Shown: positions 39,411 through 51,525 of the stretch, piece after piece | Numbering within the stretch: position 1 is the first letter of the stretch | Layout of the letters: each line of letters begins with the position of its first letter | Source of the DNA: an uncultured Alphaproteobacteria bacterium | GTDB lineage: Bacteria > Pseudomonadota > Alphaproteobacteria > HIMB59 | NCBI GenBank assembly: GCA_902599405.1 | Contig: CACKFO010000002.1 | Coordinates: 14,077-78,076 of the forward strand | Reading direction: 5' to 3' | Length of the DNA: 64,000 bases | Translations under genes and position numbers: made by a program | The notes under the pieces: generated by a model | Databases searched by the model: none | The model's input: only the letters and a program-made list of their open reading frames with translations | What the model was told of the DNA's origin: nothing

Positions 39411-41425
39411 TTTCTATTTTTCTTTAAATATTCTAGCATTCTTTTTTTTCCGGGACTTAATTGAACATCATCAGAAGTAATCATTTTATTTAACTTAGAT
39501 GAAGAGTGTTCTTCTATTGTGTTTGTTATGTTTTTTTCTACTTTTGAAATTTCATTCAAAAACCTTGAAGGTAATGAATAATTATTTATACCATAAGTAT
39601 ATCTTGAAGTTGCATAACTTAGATTTAAATCAAACTTTGCTCTAGTAATTCCAACATAAGCAAGTCTCCTTTCCTCCTCAAGTGATTTTGATGAGTTTTG
39701 TTCTAATGCTCTTGAGCTTGGAAAGATGCCCTCTTCCCAACCTGGCAAGTAAACATGATCGAATTCTAATCCTTTAGCTGCATGCAATGTCATTAGTTTT
39801 ACAGAATTAGATTGAATTTTTTTTTGATTCTCATTAACCAAACCTACATGCTCTAAAAATTCATTAAAATTTTCAAATTCTGAGAGAGCGTTCACAAATT
39901 CTTTCAAATTATCAATCCTCGATTCATTTTCGACTTGTTTTAATTTATTTTTTTCATTTTCTAACATTTTCAAATATCCTGACTCCTCAATTATAAAAAT
40001 GCCTATATCCTCTAAAGTTGTTTTATTTATAAGATCAGATGTTTTTTTAATGATATCTATAAATGGCTTAGTTTTAACTAAGAGAGATCCTGATAGTTTA
40101 TTTTCAAAAGATAAGGACTCTAAAGACTCAAAAAATGAAATATTTTTTTCTCTGGCGTAATGAATAATTAATTTTAATGATTGATCTCCTATTCCTCTTT
40201 TAGGTAAATTGATAATTCTTTCAAATGAAAGATCATCTTGAAAACTATTTGCTAGTTTTAAGTATGCAAGAATATCTTTGATTTCTTTTCTCTCAAAAAA
40301 TCTTGGTCCTCCAATTATTTCATATGGTAAGGCATATTTTATTAACTTGTCCTCAATACTTCTCATTTGGGCAGTAAGTCTAACTAAAATTCCTATACTA
40401 TTATTCTCTCCTAACTTCTTTGATATATTATCGGATATCCATAATGACTCCTCTTCCTGAGAGTAAAAGGAATTTAAATTAATTTTTTGCTCAGGTATTT
40501 TTTTGTTAAAACTAATTAAATCTTTGCCTAGCCTATTCTTGTTATTACTTATTATACAAGCTGCTGCTTCTAAAATTGAACTATTTGAACGATAATTTTT
40601 TGTTAATCTAACTACAGATGAAGCAAATTCTTTTGGAAAATTTATAATGTTTTCTATATTTGCACCTCTCCAAGCATAAATAGATTGATCATCATCTCCA
40701 ACACAAAATAAGTTTTTATTACGATTCAAGATTAATTTTATTAAATCATACTGAATTAAATTTGTGTCTTGAAACTCATCGATAAGAATATGTTCGATAA
40801 AATTTTGGTAAGATTTTTTTATCTCTGGATTATTGGATAGTATGCAATAACTATGTAAAAGGATATCACCAAAGTCTACTGCATTTATTTCAATTAGTCT
40901 TTGTTGGTAATATGAATAAATATCATCTAGTCTTTCTATAGATGAGAATTTAGATATTTTTTTATTTTCATTAAAAAGGATTTTATTATCTTTTAAATTT
41001 TGAATTTCGTTATGATAAGTCCCCTCACTTATATCTTTATCAATCTTACAATACTCTAAGACTTGTTTAAGAAGTTTTTTTTGATCCTCAATATCAAGTA
41101 TTGAAAAATTTGATTTTAAATTTACTAGCCCTGAGTGCTTCCTCAAAAATTTTGCAAAAATTGAATGGAAGGTACCAATCCACGGAGAGTCAATACTGTT
41201 TTTAAGTTCAGTATTAACTCTTGTTTTAATCTCATTTGCCGCCTTATTTGTAAAGGTAACAGCTATAATTTTATTAAAATCAACATTTAGATTTTTTACA
41301 ATATAAACAAATCTAGAAGTTAAAACTCTAGTTTTCCCTGTTCCAGCACCCGAAAGGACTAAAAGTGGGCCGTTTTTGTGCTCAACTGCAATTTTTTGTT
41401 CTTTATTTAATGTATTTAGATCCAT
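39407..41425 (-). CDS. uvrD: UvrD/PcrA helicase
   Basis: GAGTGKT, TFTNKAA, DEFQDTN, VGDDDQSIY, TLHAAKGLEF, EEERRLAYVGITRA. Confidence 0.96.
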   Translation of the reverse strand: MDLNTLNKEQKIAVEHKNGPLLVLSGAGTGKTRVLTSRFVYIVKNLNVDFNKIIAVTFTNKAANEIKTRVNTELKNSIDSPWIGTFHSIFAKFLRKHSGLVNLKSNFSILDIEDQKKLLKQVLEYCKIDKDISEGTYHNEIQNLKDNKILFNENKKISKFSSIERLDDIYSYYQQRLIEINAVDFGDILLHSYCILSNNPEIKKSYQNFIEHILIDEFQDTNLIQYDLIKLILNRNKNLFCVGDDDQSIYAWRGANIENIINFPKEFASSVVRLTKNYRSNSSILEAAACIISNNKNRLGKDLISFNKKIPEQKINLNSFYSQEEESLWISDNISKKLGENNSIGILVRLTAQMRSIEDKLIKYALPYEIIGGPRFFERKEIKDILAYLKLANSFQDDLSFERIINLPKRGIGDQSLKLIIHYAREKNISFFESLESLSFENKLSGSLLVKTKPFIDIIKKTSDLINKTTLEDIGIFIIEESGYLKMLENEKNKLKQVENESRIDNLKEFVNALSEFENFNEFLEHVGLVNENQKKIQSNSVKLMTLHAAKGLEFDHVYLPGWEEGIFPSSRALEQNSSKSLEEERRLAYVGITRAKFDLNLSYATSRYTYGINNYSLPSRFLNEISKVEKNITNTIEEHSSSKLNKMITSDDVQLSPGKKRMLEYLKKNRK

Positions 41426-41462
41426 AAATTGAATGTAATATAATGAATCAAGATTTTACGTA

Positions 41463-42203
41463 ATGAAAAAACATTTGAAAGTAATTCTTTTAACTATATC
41501 TATAACTTTTTTACAAATAACACCCTCTTATACCAATGAGGATGTCTCTCAATCTGGTATCTCATACGATGAGATATATGATCCAATAGAACCTATTAAC
41601 AGGGCAGTTTTAAATTTTAATTTTTTTATAGATGATATAGCTATAAGACCTATAGTAAAAACATACAAATTTATAGCACCTGATCCAGTTGAAAAAGGGG
41701 TATCAAATTTCTTTAGCAATTTAAAAGAGCCGATAAGAACTGTTTCTTTTATTTTTCAAGGAGAGTTCTATAAATCTTTTAATTCAATTGGTAGATTTAC
41801 AGTTAATACATTAACTAGCTTAGGTACTTTTGATCTAGCATCAAGGGTGGGTATGGAAAAAAATGAAACTGACTTTGGAATCACCCTTGCAAAAGGTGGT
41901 GTATCAAGTGGTCCTTACATAGTAATACCAATCATAGGCCCTAGTAATTTAAGAGATTTTAGTGGAGATGTAGTTGAATATTTTGTTGATCCAATATCAA
42001 ATAATGTTCCAAACAGGGAGTATATTGCAATAGGAAGTGGTTTGAATGAAAGAGTAGAAATTGATGAACAATTAGATAAAGTTAGAGATGCTTCATCTGA
42101 TAGATATGAAATGATAAAATCTATATATTATCAGAACAGAAATGCTCAACTTGAAGAAGAATATATACAAAATTTACCTGTGCCAAAAATTTATATTGAA
42201 TAG
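41463..42203 (+). CDS. mlaA: MlaA/VacJ family protein
   Basis: DPIEPINR, NFFSNL.EP, RFTVNT, DFGITL, GPYIVIPIIGPSNLRD. Confidence 0.92.
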   Translation: MKKHLKVILLTISITFLQITPSYTNEDVSQSGISYDEIYDPIEPINRAVLNFNFFIDDIAIRPIVKTYKFIAPDPVEKGVSNFFSNLKEPIRTVSFIFQGEFYKSFNSIGRFTVNTLTSLGTFDLASRVGMEKNETDFGITLAKGGVSSGPYIVIPIIGPSNLRDFSGDVVEYFVDPISNNVPNREYIAIGSGLNERVEIDEQLDKVRDASSDRYEMIKSIYYQNRNAQLEEEYIQNLPVPKIYIE

Positions 42204-42230
42204 TTGGCCAAACCGTATTTACTTAAAATT

Positions 42231-42797
42231 ATGAAAAATTTTGTAATTTTACTTGGTATACTTTTTTCTTTTTCAAATACAGAGGCCTCAGAAGTTTCGG
42301 AATGGTTTGAAAAAGAGTCAAACCAGTTTTTAGAGATAATTAATAACAATCAAGGAACTGAAAATGAAAATTATGAAAAATATAAACATTTTGTTAATAA
42401 AAATTTTGCAGTTAAGTCAATTGCGTATGGTCTAATTGGAGAGAATATAATTAATAAAAGTTCAAAAAATGAACTATCTTTGTATTTAAATGTATTTACA
42501 GACTACCTTATAACAACTATATACAAACTGGCTAATTCGAACACTTCAAGTTCAATAACTCTTAAGGACGTCGATGTAAAAGACGATATTTATATAATTA
42601 AATCAGAAATATCAGATAATAAATCCTCAGCAAACCTTTATTGGAAAGTGATAAGAATTGGATCTTCTTTCAAAATTATTGATGTGATTGTTGAGAATAC
42701 GTCTTATTTTGTAACCAAAAAATCGGAATTCAATAAAATATTAAGAAAAAATAGAGGAAGTTTAGAGGCTTTAATTAGAGAAATAAAAAAAATATAG
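42231..42797 (+). CDS. mlaC: MlaC/Ttg2D phospholipid-binding protein
   Basis: Signal peptide from ATG 42231 (alternative TTG 42204); KIIDVIVENTSYFVTKKSEF; follows mlaA. Confidence 0.85.
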   Translation: MKNFVILLGILFSFSNTEASEVSEWFEKESNQFLEIINNNQGTENENYEKYKHFVNKNFAVKSIAYGLIGENIINKSSKNELSLYLNVFTDYLITTIYKLANSNTSSSITLKDVDVKDDIYIIKSEISDNKSSANLYWKVIRIGSSFKIIDVIVENTSYFVTKKSEFNKILRKNRGSLEALIREIKKI

Positions 42798-42808
42798 TTT
42801 CTTTAATG

Positions 42809-42885
42809 TGGTGGGCCCGGCAGGACTCGAACCTGCGACAACGGCGTTATGAGCACCGCGTTCTAACCAACTGAACTACAGGCCC
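42809..42885 (-). tRNA. tRNA with CAT anticodon, probably tRNA-Ile2 (lysidine)
   Basis: GGGCCTG acceptor, loop CT-CAT-AA, CCA end; no initiator features; downstream of rpoD like ileX. Confidence 0.85.
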
Positions 42886-42950
42886 ATGATTAGAGCTGTT
42901 ACTATTATAATTTTATTATAAAAAAACAAGAATATTAATTATTGATAGCT

Positions 42951-45002
42951 TTAAGAGTCCATAAATGACTTAAGTTTTTTAGATCTAATTGGATGTTTTA
43001 ATTTTCTCAAAGCTTTTGCTTCAATTTGTCTAATTCTTTCTCTAGTTACGCTGAATTGTTGGCCTACTTCCTCTAAAGTATGGTCTGATGACATTCCTAT
43101 ACCAAATCTCATCCTTAAAACTCTTTCTTCTCTTGGGGTTAATGTTGAAAGTATTTTTGTTGTAGTTTCTCTAAGATTTAACTGCATAACTGCATCTTCG
43201 GGTATTACTGCATTCTTGTCCTCGATAAAATCGCCCAGGAAACTATCATCATCATCACCAATAGGTGTTTCCAAACTAACAGGTTCTTTAGCTATTTTTA
43301 AAACTTTTCTAACCTTTTCAATTGGCATTTTCAATCTTACAGATAACTCCTCTGGAGTAGGTTCTCTACCAAGTTCAAGAATAAGTTGCCTACTGGATCT
43401 TACAATTTTATTTATCGTTTCAATCATATGGACTGGTATACGGATTGTCCTTGCTTGATCAGCGATAGATCTTGTTATAGCCTGTCTAATCCACCATGTT
43501 GCATAAGTAGAAAATTTATAACCTCTTCTATATTCAAATTTATCAACAGCTTTCATTAAACCAATATTTCCCTCTTGGATTAGGTCTAAAAACTGAAGGC
43601 CTCTGTTTGTGTACTTTTTTGCAATTGAAATTACTAGACGTAAGTTAGCCTCAATCATTTCTTTTTTTGCTTGATTAGCAGTCCTTTGTCCTGATTGTAT
43701 CTCTCTAACTTTTTCTTTAAATTCAATTGTATTTTGATTTGCTATTTTCGATAAACTTAAAATTTCTTTATAGATATTTTTTAGTTTAGCACTATTTTTC
43801 TGAAAAAGAGACTTAAATGAGTCATGCATAGAAATCATATGTTTTTGATAAAGAGTATAGGTATCTTTTAAATTGTGGTGCTTCAAAAAAATATCCCTGC
43901 TTATTTTGTTTTGAGTAGCTAAAGTTAATAATGAAACTTCTTTTGATTGTATTTCCTTATTAATTGAGTAAAGGTGGGTAATTATCTCCTCTAATTTATG
44001 GGGCTTGATTTTAATTTCATTAAAATAATTAAGTATCTCGTCCTGATATTTTTTTAGTTCCTTTAAGGATTTAGTATCAGAAATTTTAGTAATATTTTTA
44101 TTCTTTTTAATTTTTGTAATATTTTCTGACAAAACAAGAACTCTATCTAATTTTTTAAGAATTTCAGGTTTATAAAACTCTTCTATTATGGAAATAGAAA
44201 AACTTTCATTTTCAATATCCTCTTCGTTTGTGGTTTCTTGAAGTTTTTCTTTATCTATTTCTATTCCTTGTTCTTTCATAAGTTGCTGCTTTTCTTTTAA
44301 GAGAGCTTTCTTTTTATCGTTAATTATTTTTTGGATTTCTTTTCTTTTTGAAGAATTAGAGTAAGGATCATTGTCTTCATTAAAATATTCATCAAAATCA
44401 ACTATTTCTCTTAGATTAATTTCGTTCTGTTTAACTTGTTCAATCCATTTCTTTAAAATATCAATTGAAGCTGGACACTCGAGAATTGAATTCATCATTC
44501 TATCTAACCCAGACTCTATTCTTTTTGCTATTGCTATTTCACCCTCTCTAGAGAGTAACTCAACATTACCCATTTCTTTGAGATACATCCTGACAGGATC
44601 ATCACTTTTAACACCAGTTGATTTTTCTTCCTCTTCTGATTCTTCGCTGGAAGAGGATGAGTCTGTTTCTGAAGTCGAAGTATAAGCTTTAAATAATTTA
44701 AAAAGATCCTCATCAAGGTTTTCAATATAATTTAAAAAATCATTTACGGTTATTATGGATTCCTCAATTTTAGAATAAGACTTAATATAAGTTTTTGCTT
44801 TTGAAGCTAATTCTTTGTCAAATTCTTTAGTGATTAATGAAATAAGCTGACTCTCGTTTTCTTTAAAAATTAATTCAAGAGGATTTTTTTTAGATGTAGA
44901 TTTTTTAATAATTTTAGATGATTTAGTTTTTTTCACTAAAACAGATTTTTTTTTAGTAATTTTCTTTTTTATCTTTTTTGCAATAACTTTTTTTTTTGGC
45001 AT
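42951..45002 (-). CDS. rpoD: RNA polymerase sigma-70 factor RpoD
   Basis: [46 protein letters not shown]. Confidence 0.99.
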   Translation of the reverse strand: MPKKKVIAKKIKKKITKKKSVLVKKTKSSKIIKKSTSKKNPLELIFKENESQLISLITKEFDKELASKAKTYIKSYSKIEESIITVNDFLNYIENLDEDLFKLFKAYTSTSETDSSSSSEESEEEEKSTGVKSDDPVRMYLKEMGNVELLSREGEIAIAKRIESGLDRMMNSILECPASIDILKKWIEQVKQNEINLREIVDFDEYFNEDNDPYSNSSKRKEIQKIINDKKKALLKEKQQLMKEQGIEIDKEKLQETTNEEDIENESFSISIIEEFYKPEILKKLDRVLVLSENITKIKKNKNITKISDTKSLKELKKYQDEILNYFNEIKIKPHKLEEIITHLYSINKEIQSKEVSLLTLATQNKISRDIFLKHHNLKDTYTLYQKHMISMHDSFKSLFQKNSAKLKNIYKEILSLSKIANQNTIEFKEKVREIQSGQRTANQAKKEMIEANLRLVISIAKKYTNRGLQFLDLIQEGNIGLMKAVDKFEYRRGYKFSTYATWWIRQAITRSIADQARTIRIPVHMIETINKIVRSSRQLILELGREPTPEELSVRLKMPIEKVRKVLKIAKEPVSLETPIGDDDDSFLGDFIEDKNAVIPEDAVMQLNLRETTTKILSTLTPREERVLRMRFGIGMSSDHTLEEVGQQFSVTRERIRQIEAKALRKLKHPIRSKKLKSFMDS

Positions 45003-46586
45003 TTAACTATTTATAAAACTAATTGTTTTTTCAATTTCATTATAAGGATCTTCATTAAACATAGGTGATGCAAATCTACACAGCCTTCGAACTTCATTAG
45101 AAAATAGTAAATTTTTTGTAAAATTCAATCCCTTAGAGTCTAATTCTTCATAAATCTCATTAGTTGTTGATTTGAATAGAGTTTTTTTAATTATCAGATC
45201 ACGAATTTCTTTAAATTTGCCCTCAAATTTAGCTGTTGCTATCAAATCAAATACTCGTTCCCTATCCGACAGATTTTCAATATAAAATATAATTAATGCC
45301 GCTGAAAATTTTGACTTCAAATCAAATTTGAGTTCGAATTTTTGGTTGGTTGATTTTGACTTATTTTTAAACGTTGTCTGATTTAAACTTATTTTATTGA
45401 AATGGTTTGTTAAAATTTTTTTTAAATCTATGTTTGAAATATTGTTAAGTAAACTTTTTAAAACTTTTGATCCTTTAAACTGACTATCAACATCATTACT
45501 TTTATGAAACTTTTCTAAATATTTTTCTATTAATTCCTCGACCGATAATGGTTGGTCTATTAGTTTAAATAATTTATCAGACATATTTGACTCTACTAAT
45601 TGATCTGGATCAAAATTTTTTGGCAAAAGTACAAATTTTATTCCAAGCTCAAAATTTTTGTCGGCAAGTAAATTATTCATTAATCTTATGGTGGCATTTC
45701 TACCAGCTATATCTCCATCAAGGCATACAATTATCTCAAATCCTTTCTTTGTGATTTCAATTAATTTTTCATGATTTATTGACGTGCCAAGAGGTGCTAA
45801 ACAATTTGAAAAACCAAACTGTTCTAGTTTTATAACATCGAAATAACCTTCAACTATTATTATTTTTTTACTATTTTGTTTATTAAGTATTTTTTCATTG
45901 AATAAGATTTGTTTTTTTTTAAAAATTCTTGTTTCAGCTGTATTAATATATTTTGGTAAGCTATCATCAATTACTCTTCCTCCAAATCCCAGGGTTTTGT
46001 TTTGCATATTAATTATTGGGACCATTATTCTATTAGAAAAAAATAATTTAGTGTTGTTAGTTCTACTAAAAACCCCTGCTGCTACTAAGTTATTGACCTC
46101 AAAATTATTCAAGAGTTTTTTTTGGAGTTCAAATGAATTTACTGATGATCCTAACTCGAACTTATGAATAGTTTCTATATTAAACTTTCTTTTTTCAAGT
46201 AAATAATCTAGGTGTTTTTTTGAATTTAATAAATTCTTATAAAATAATTCTTTTGTTAAAGAATTAATTTCATAGATAATATTGTTTAATTTTGATGATT
46301 TATAATTTAGCTCAATACCAGCTTTATCTGCTAGTTCATAAAGAGCATCTTTAAAGCTATATCCTTTAACTTTTATTAAAAAATCAATTACATTTCCATG
46401 TTCTCCAGTGCTAAAACAATGGAATATTTTTTTTTCTTCATTTACTGAAAAAGAGGGTGTTTTTTCTTTTTTAAAAGGACTTAAACCAAAATAATTACTA
46501 CCTTTTTTCTTTAAAGGTACAGTAGAGTTTATAATCTCAACAATAGAGGTTCTGTTAATAACTTCCTTAATATTATCATCTGTCAT
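45003..46586 (-). CDS. dnaG: DNA primase
   Basis: EKTPSF, FGGR, PKYIN, VEGYFD, DGDIAG (TOPRIM), DPD. Confidence 0.96.
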   Translation of the reverse strand: MTDDNIKEVINRTSIVEIINSTVPLKKKGSNYFGLSPFKKEKTPSFSVNEEKKIFHCFSTGEHGNVIDFLIKVKGYSFKDALYELADKAGIELNYKSSKLNNIIYEINSLTKELFYKNLLNSKKHLDYLLEKRKFNIETIHKFELGSSVNSFELQKKLLNNFEVNNLVAAGVFSRTNNTKLFFSNRIMVPIINMQNKTLGFGGRVIDDSLPKYINTAETRIFKKKQILFNEKILNKQNSKKIIIVEGYFDVIKLEQFGFSNCLAPLGTSINHEKLIEITKKGFEIIVCLDGDIAGRNATIRLMNNLLADKNFELGIKFVLLPKNFDPDQLVESNMSDKLFKLIDQPLSVEELIEKYLEKFHKSNDVDSQFKGSKVLKSLLNNISNIDLKKILTNHFNKISLNQTTFKNKSKSTNQKFELKFDLKSKFSAALIIFYIENLSDRERVFDLIATAKFEGKFKEIRDLIIKKTLFKSTTNEIYEELDSKGLNFTKNLLFSNEVRRLCRFASPMFNEDPYNEIEKTISFINS

Positions 46587-47041
46587 TCTTTGAAAATATT
46601 TTTGATAATTTTTGAAGCTAAATTCATATCAATTTTATTATTATAGTTTTGTTTGAGAAAACCCATTATTTTTCCAAAGTCTTTATTTTCAAAGTTATTT
46701 TCTTTTATGTGATTTGAAATAATATCAATTGTATTTTTCTCATTCATCATTTTTGGAAGAAAATCATTAAGGTAATTGATATCAAATTCCAAGTCCTCTA
46801 TTCTTATTTGATCCTTAGCTTTTGTTGCAAAATCTAAAGACTCTTTTTTTTGTTTTAATTGGGTCTTAACAATTTTGATTATATTCTCATCAGATAATTT
46901 AAGCACATCTCTATCTAGATTCTCTTTAATTAGAAAGTTTTTTAACTCAGAATAGACATATCTTGCTATTGAAAGTTTTTTCTTATCTCCGCCTTTTAAA
47001 GCAATTTTGACGTCATCAGAAATTTTTTTTGCCAAACTCAT
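46583..47041 (-). CDS. GatB/YqeY domain protein
   Basis: I..D.K.ALK.GDK, KQKKES, FLPK, DFGKIMG; conserved yqeY-dnaG-rpoD order. Confidence 0.85.
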   Translation of the reverse strand: MSLAKKISDDVKIALKGGDKKKLSIARYVYSELKNFLIKENLDRDVLKLSDENIIKIVKTQLKQKKESLDFATKAKDQIRIEDLEFDINYLNDFLPKMMNEKNTIDIISNHIKENNFENKDFGKIMGFLKQNYNNKIDMNLASKIIKNIFKE

Positions 47042-47084
47042 TTGAAATTCCTCTCATATAATATACTAATACACATGATTTAAT

Positions 47085-48224
47085 ATGACCGTATTAGATA
47101 ATAAAACTAAGCTTAATTATCAAAACGGTTATTTAATTTATAACAAAAAATATATTTTCAAAGGTAAGTTTCTATCAAAAGATCAATTTAAGATAGCAGA
47201 AATTTGCTTCAATACTAGTATGACGGGGTATCAGGAAATATTAACTGATCCCTCATATAAATCTCAGTTTATAAATTTTACTTTTCCATTGATTGGTATT
47301 GTTGGGTGTAATAATGAAGATTACGAGTCATGGAAAATACATGCATCTGGTTTAATTTGTAATGAATTATTTGAATTAAGTTCAAATTGGAGAGCACAAA
47401 CAAATTTTACAAATTGGATCATAAGTCAAAATTCTTGTGCTTTTTTTGATTTAGATACAAGGGCCGTAACTAAAATAGTAAGAAATTTTGGACCAAAAAA
47501 TGTAATGCTATGTACTGAGGAATATTTTGAAAACAAAGGAATAGAGCAAATTTGTAAACAAATAGATCAAAGTCTTTCTCTAGAAGAGAATGATGTAATC
47601 AAAGATTTTACATCTGAACTTAATATAGAAAAACAAGAAATAGGTAAAAAAAAGTTCTCAATAGCTTTTTTAAATTTTGGAGCAAAAGACAACATTAAGA
47701 AAAACTTATACTCTAGAAATTGTAAGATTGAGGAATTTGATATGAATTTTAATGCTGAAGATATTATTAATAAGAATTTTGATGGTTTTTTTTTAAGTAA
47801 TGGCCCAGGTGATCCTATAAAAGTATATGAAAATATAAAACTTGAATTGAATAAATTACTAAATAAAAAAATACCCACTTTTGGTATATGCCTTGGTCAT
47901 CAAATATTGAGTTTAGCATTTAATGCCTCCACTGCTCGAATGGAAAAAGGCCATCGAGGTGGTAATCACCCAGTAAAAAACTTGGAAACAAACAAAGTTG
48001 AAATTACGTCTCAAAATCACGGTTTTGTAGTTTTAGATGAAAATTTTCCCTCTAATCTTCAAATAACACATAAATCATTGTTTGATAAAACTATTGATGG
48101 AATGAAAGCAAATGATCAACCTTTGTTTTCTGTTCAATATCATCCAGAATCTAGCCCCGGACCACATGACAGCAGATATCTTTTCGATGAATTTATAAAT
48201 TTAATGGAAAAGAATGCCGGCTAG
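47085..48224 (+). CDS. carA: Carbamoyl-phosphate synthase small subunit
   Basis: [43 protein letters not shown]. Confidence 0.98.
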   Translation: MTVLDNKTKLNYQNGYLIYNKKYIFKGKFLSKDQFKIAEICFNTSMTGYQEILTDPSYKSQFINFTFPLIGIVGCNNEDYESWKIHASGLICNELFELSSNWRAQTNFTNWIISQNSCAFFDLDTRAVTKIVRNFGPKNVMLCTEEYFENKGIEQICKQIDQSLSLEENDVIKDFTSELNIEKQEIGKKKFSIAFLNFGAKDNIKKNLYSRNCKIEEFDMNFNAEDIINKNFDGFFLSNGPGDPIKVYENIKLELNKLLNKKIPTFGICLGHQILSLAFNASTARMEKGHRGGNHPVKNLETNKVEITSQNHGFVVLDENFPSNLQITHKSLFDKTIDGMKANDQPLFSVQYHPESSPGPHDSRYLFDEFINLMEKNAG

Positions 48225-51200
48225 AAAAGATATATCTAAAATATTGGTTATTGGCTCTGGTCCTATCATTATAGGTCAAGCATGTGAATTTGATTATTCT
48301 GGCAGTCAAGCATGTAAGGCACTTAAAAAAGAAGGTTATGAAGTTGTTTTAATTAACTCTAATCCAGCTACTATAATGACAGACCCAGAATTCGCAGATA
48401 AAACATATATTGAACCTATTGATAAAGAAATTGTAAAAAAAATAATTGATAAAGAGAAACCCGATGCAATTTTACCAACAATGGGAGGTCAAACAGCACT
48501 AAATATTATCAGAGAGTTAAACAAAGAAAATTATTTTAAAGATTGTTCAATCAAAATTTTAGGTGCTAGTCCAAGATCTATAGATGTAGCTGAAGATAGA
48601 AAATTATTTGCCGAAGCGATGTCTGAAATTGGACTCGAGACACCATTTAGTATAATAGTTGATGACAAGTCTGATCTAAATAAAATAGTTAATGAAGTAA
48701 GTTTTCCATTAATTTTACGACCTTTTTATACTCTTGGAGGAACTGGTGGCGGTATTGTATACGACAAAGATGATTTTTTATCAAAGGTCAAAAATGCTAT
48801 CGATTTAAGTCCTGTATCAAAAACTCTTGTTGAAGAGTCCTTAATTGGATGGAAAGAATTTGAATTTGAGGTAGTTAGAGATAGTTTAGATAACTCAATA
48901 ATAGTTTGTTCAATAGAAAACTTAGATCCAATGGGAGTGCATACTGGGGATAGTATTACAATAGCCCCAGCACTTACATTAACTGATAAAGAATATCAAA
49001 AACTGAGAAATCAGAGTATTGCTATTCTAAGAAAAATTGGAGTAGAGACTGGTGGTTCAAATGTCCAATTTGCAGTAAATCCAGAAAATGGAAGGATATT
49101 GATTATTGAAATGAATCCTCGAGTTAGTAGGTCATCTGCATTAGCCTCTAAGGCTACAGGTTTCCCTATCGCTAAAATAGCAGCATTGTTAGCAGTTGGT
49201 TACACATTAGATGAATTAGAAAATGATATTACTAAGGTAACTCCAGCAAGTTTTGAACCAGTTATAGATTATATCGTGACCAAAATACCAAAATTTAATT
49301 TTGAAAAATTTCAAGGAACACCTAGTGAGTTAAATACTGCCATGAAATCTGTTGGTGAAATAATGTCTATAGGTAGAACTTTTAAAGAATCTCTTTTAAA
49401 AGCTTTCTACTCAATAGAGTCAGATAACTTTGGTTTAGATATAAGTCATGAATTATTAAATATTAAAGATGAAAATTTAAAAAATTTACTCACAAACCAA
49501 AGACCTGATAGATTATTAATAGTTGCAGAAGCCATAAGACGTAAGATACCTTTATCTGAAATAAGCGAATTAACATATATTGATATGTTTTTTTTGAGAG
49601 AAATAAATGAGATTATAAAAATTGAGCAACAATTAGTAAAGGCAGGTAGTAGTTTAGAAAAAAATTTATTTATTTTTGCCAAAAAAATTGGATTTTCTAA
49701 TCATCATATAAGCAATTTAACAAAAATTAGTATAAATGAAATTTACGATCTTCAGGAAAAAAATAACTTAACAACAGTATTTAAAAGAGTAGACACTTGC
49801 GGAAATGAATTTGACTCTTCTACTGCATATCTTTATTCAACATTTATCTCTGAAATAAATGAATTTAGTTGTGAGTCTAGACCAAAGAATAAGAAAAAGA
49901 TAATTATTCTTGGCTCTGGTCCTAATAGAATAGGTCAAGGTATAGAATTTGATTATTGTTGTGTGCAAGCTGTAAGATCTTTCCAGAAACTTGGTTATGA
50001 AACAATTATGATTAATTGTAATCCTGAAACAGTCTCAACTGATTATGACACTTCAGATAAACTATATTTTGAGCCTTTGGACTTTGAATATGTTAAAAAT
50101 ATAATTGATAAAGAAAACGAGAAAGGTGTTGTTGAGGGTGTTATTGTCCAATTTGGTGGGCAGACACCTTTGAGAATAGCTAATAAACTCAAAGAATATG
50201 GATATAAGATATTAGGCACATCTTTCGAAGCGATAGACATTTCTGAAGACAGAGAGAGATTTCAAAAATTAATTCAAAAGGTAGGTTTAAAACAACCAAA
50301 GAGTGATATCTCTTTAGGAACAAAAGAACTTGTCACTAAATCCTCTAAGCTTAAGTTTCCTATTTTGTTAAGGCCCTCATATGTCCTGGGAGGAAGAATG
50401 ATGGAAAAAATGGCTAATTTAGATGATGTGCAAGATTATATTGATCAAAACTATTGGGCACTAGAAAATAATGTGATTCTAATCGATGAGTTTCTTCAGA
50501 ATGCAAAAGAGGTAGATGTTGATGTATTAAGAGATAATCAGGGTAATACCATGATAGCTGGAATTATGGAACATATTGAAGAGGCTGGCATTCACTCAGG
50601 TGATAGTGCTTGTAGTATACCTCCCTTTTCTCTTAATAATAAGATTATATCAGATATAAAAAAATTTAGTATCTCTCTTGTGAATGAATTAAAGATACTT
50701 GGTTTGATGAATATTCAATATGCTATCAAAGATGATGAAATTTTTATACTTGAAGCAAATCCTAGAGCTAGCAGAACAATTCCTTTTCTGGCTAAAGCAA
50801 TAGGACTACCATTTATTAAAATTGCAGCTGAATTAATCGTAGGTAAAACTCTAACTAAAGAGTATCAGAATTTTGATAATAATACTTTACCTTACTTTGC
50901 AATCAAGGAGGCTGTATTTCCATTCAATAAATTCCCAAACACTGATGTAATACTTGGCCCGGAGATGAAAAGCACTGGTGAGGTTATGGGTATAGACGAG
51001 GATTTTTATTTGGCTTATTTCAAAAGTCAAATTGGTGCAGGACAAAAACTAAATAACTTAAAAAATATATTCATCTCTGTTAAAAATGAAGATAAGCAAA
51101 GTATATCTGAAATAGCTAAATCTTTCATAGAAAATGGTTATAATTTATATACAACAAAAGGAACTCACGACTTTTTATTGAAAGAGGGAGTTTCCTCAAA

Positions 51201-51456
51201 TTTAGTTAACAAGGTGGCTGAAGGATCACCACATGTAGTAGAGTATATAAAACAAAATAAGATTGATTTAGTCATAAATACTACAGAAAAAAAACAGGCA
51301 ATAATTGATAGTTTTACTATAAGGAGAACGTCTGTTGATCTGAATATTCCATATTACACCAATCTTAGAAGTGCAGAAATACTCATTAAATCACTGATTA
51401 CATTGAAAAATAAGCCTATTTCCGTAAAACCGATACAAAATCATCATTCTTTTTAG
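48214..51456 (+). CDS. carB: Carbamoyl-phosphate synthase large subunit
   Basis: [17 protein letters not shown], duplicated ATP-grasp, [13 protein letters not shown] domain. Confidence 0.99.
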   Translation: MPARKDISKILVIGSGPIIIGQACEFDYSGSQACKALKKEGYEVVLINSNPATIMTDPEFADKTYIEPIDKEIVKKIIDKEKPDAILPTMGGQTALNIIRELNKENYFKDCSIKILGASPRSIDVAEDRKLFAEAMSEIGLETPFSIIVDDKSDLNKIVNEVSFPLILRPFYTLGGTGGGIVYDKDDFLSKVKNAIDLSPVSKTLVEESLIGWKEFEFEVVRDSLDNSIIVCSIENLDPMGVHTGDSITIAPALTLTDKEYQKLRNQSIAILRKIGVETGGSNVQFAVNPENGRILIIEMNPRVSRSSALASKATGFPIAKIAALLAVGYTLDELENDITKVTPASFEPVIDYIVTKIPKFNFEKFQGTPSELNTAMKSVGEIMSIGRTFKESLLKAFYSIESDNFGLDISHELLNIKDENLKNLLTNQRPDRLLIVAEAIRRKIPLSEISELTYIDMFFLREINEIIKIEQQLVKAGSSLEKNLFIFAKKIGFSNHHISNLTKISINEIYDLQEKNNLTTVFKRVDTCGNEFDSSTAYLYSTFISEINEFSCESRPKNKKKIIILGSGPNRIGQGIEFDYCCVQAVRSFQKLGYETIMINCNPETVSTDYDTSDKLYFEPLDFEYVKNIIDKENEKGVVEGVIVQFGGQTPLRIANKLKEYGYKILGTSFEAIDISEDRERFQKLIQKVGLKQPKSDISLGTKELVTKSSKLKFPILLRPSYVLGGRMMEKMANLDDVQDYIDQNYWALENNVILIDEFLQNAKEVDVDVLRDNQGNTMIAGIMEHIEEAGIHSGDSACSIPPFSLNNKIISDIKKFSISLVNELKILGLMNIQYAIKDDEIFILEANPRASRTIPFLAKAIGLPFIKIAAELIVGKTLTKEYQNFDNNTLPYFAIKEAVFPFNKFPNTDVILGPEMKSTGEVMGIDEDFYLAYFKSQIGAGQKLNNLKNIFISVKNEDKQSISEIAKSFIENGYNLYTTKGTHDFLLKEGVSSNLVNKVAEGSPHVVEYIKQNKIDLVINTTEKKQAIIDSFTIRRTSVDLNIPYYTNLRSAEILIKSLITLKNKPISVKPIQNHHSF

Positions 51457-51525
51457 TATAAAAATTCATTTGTAATAATACATAAAATTCAATATTTTCT
51501 ACAACTTAATAAAAATACGAAATAA

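Noticed and set aside
42809-42885. tRNA-fMet or elongator tRNA-Met call
   Set aside because: Paired G1-C72 and no triple G-C anticodon stem exclude the initiator; sequence and position fit Ile2 better than elongator Met.
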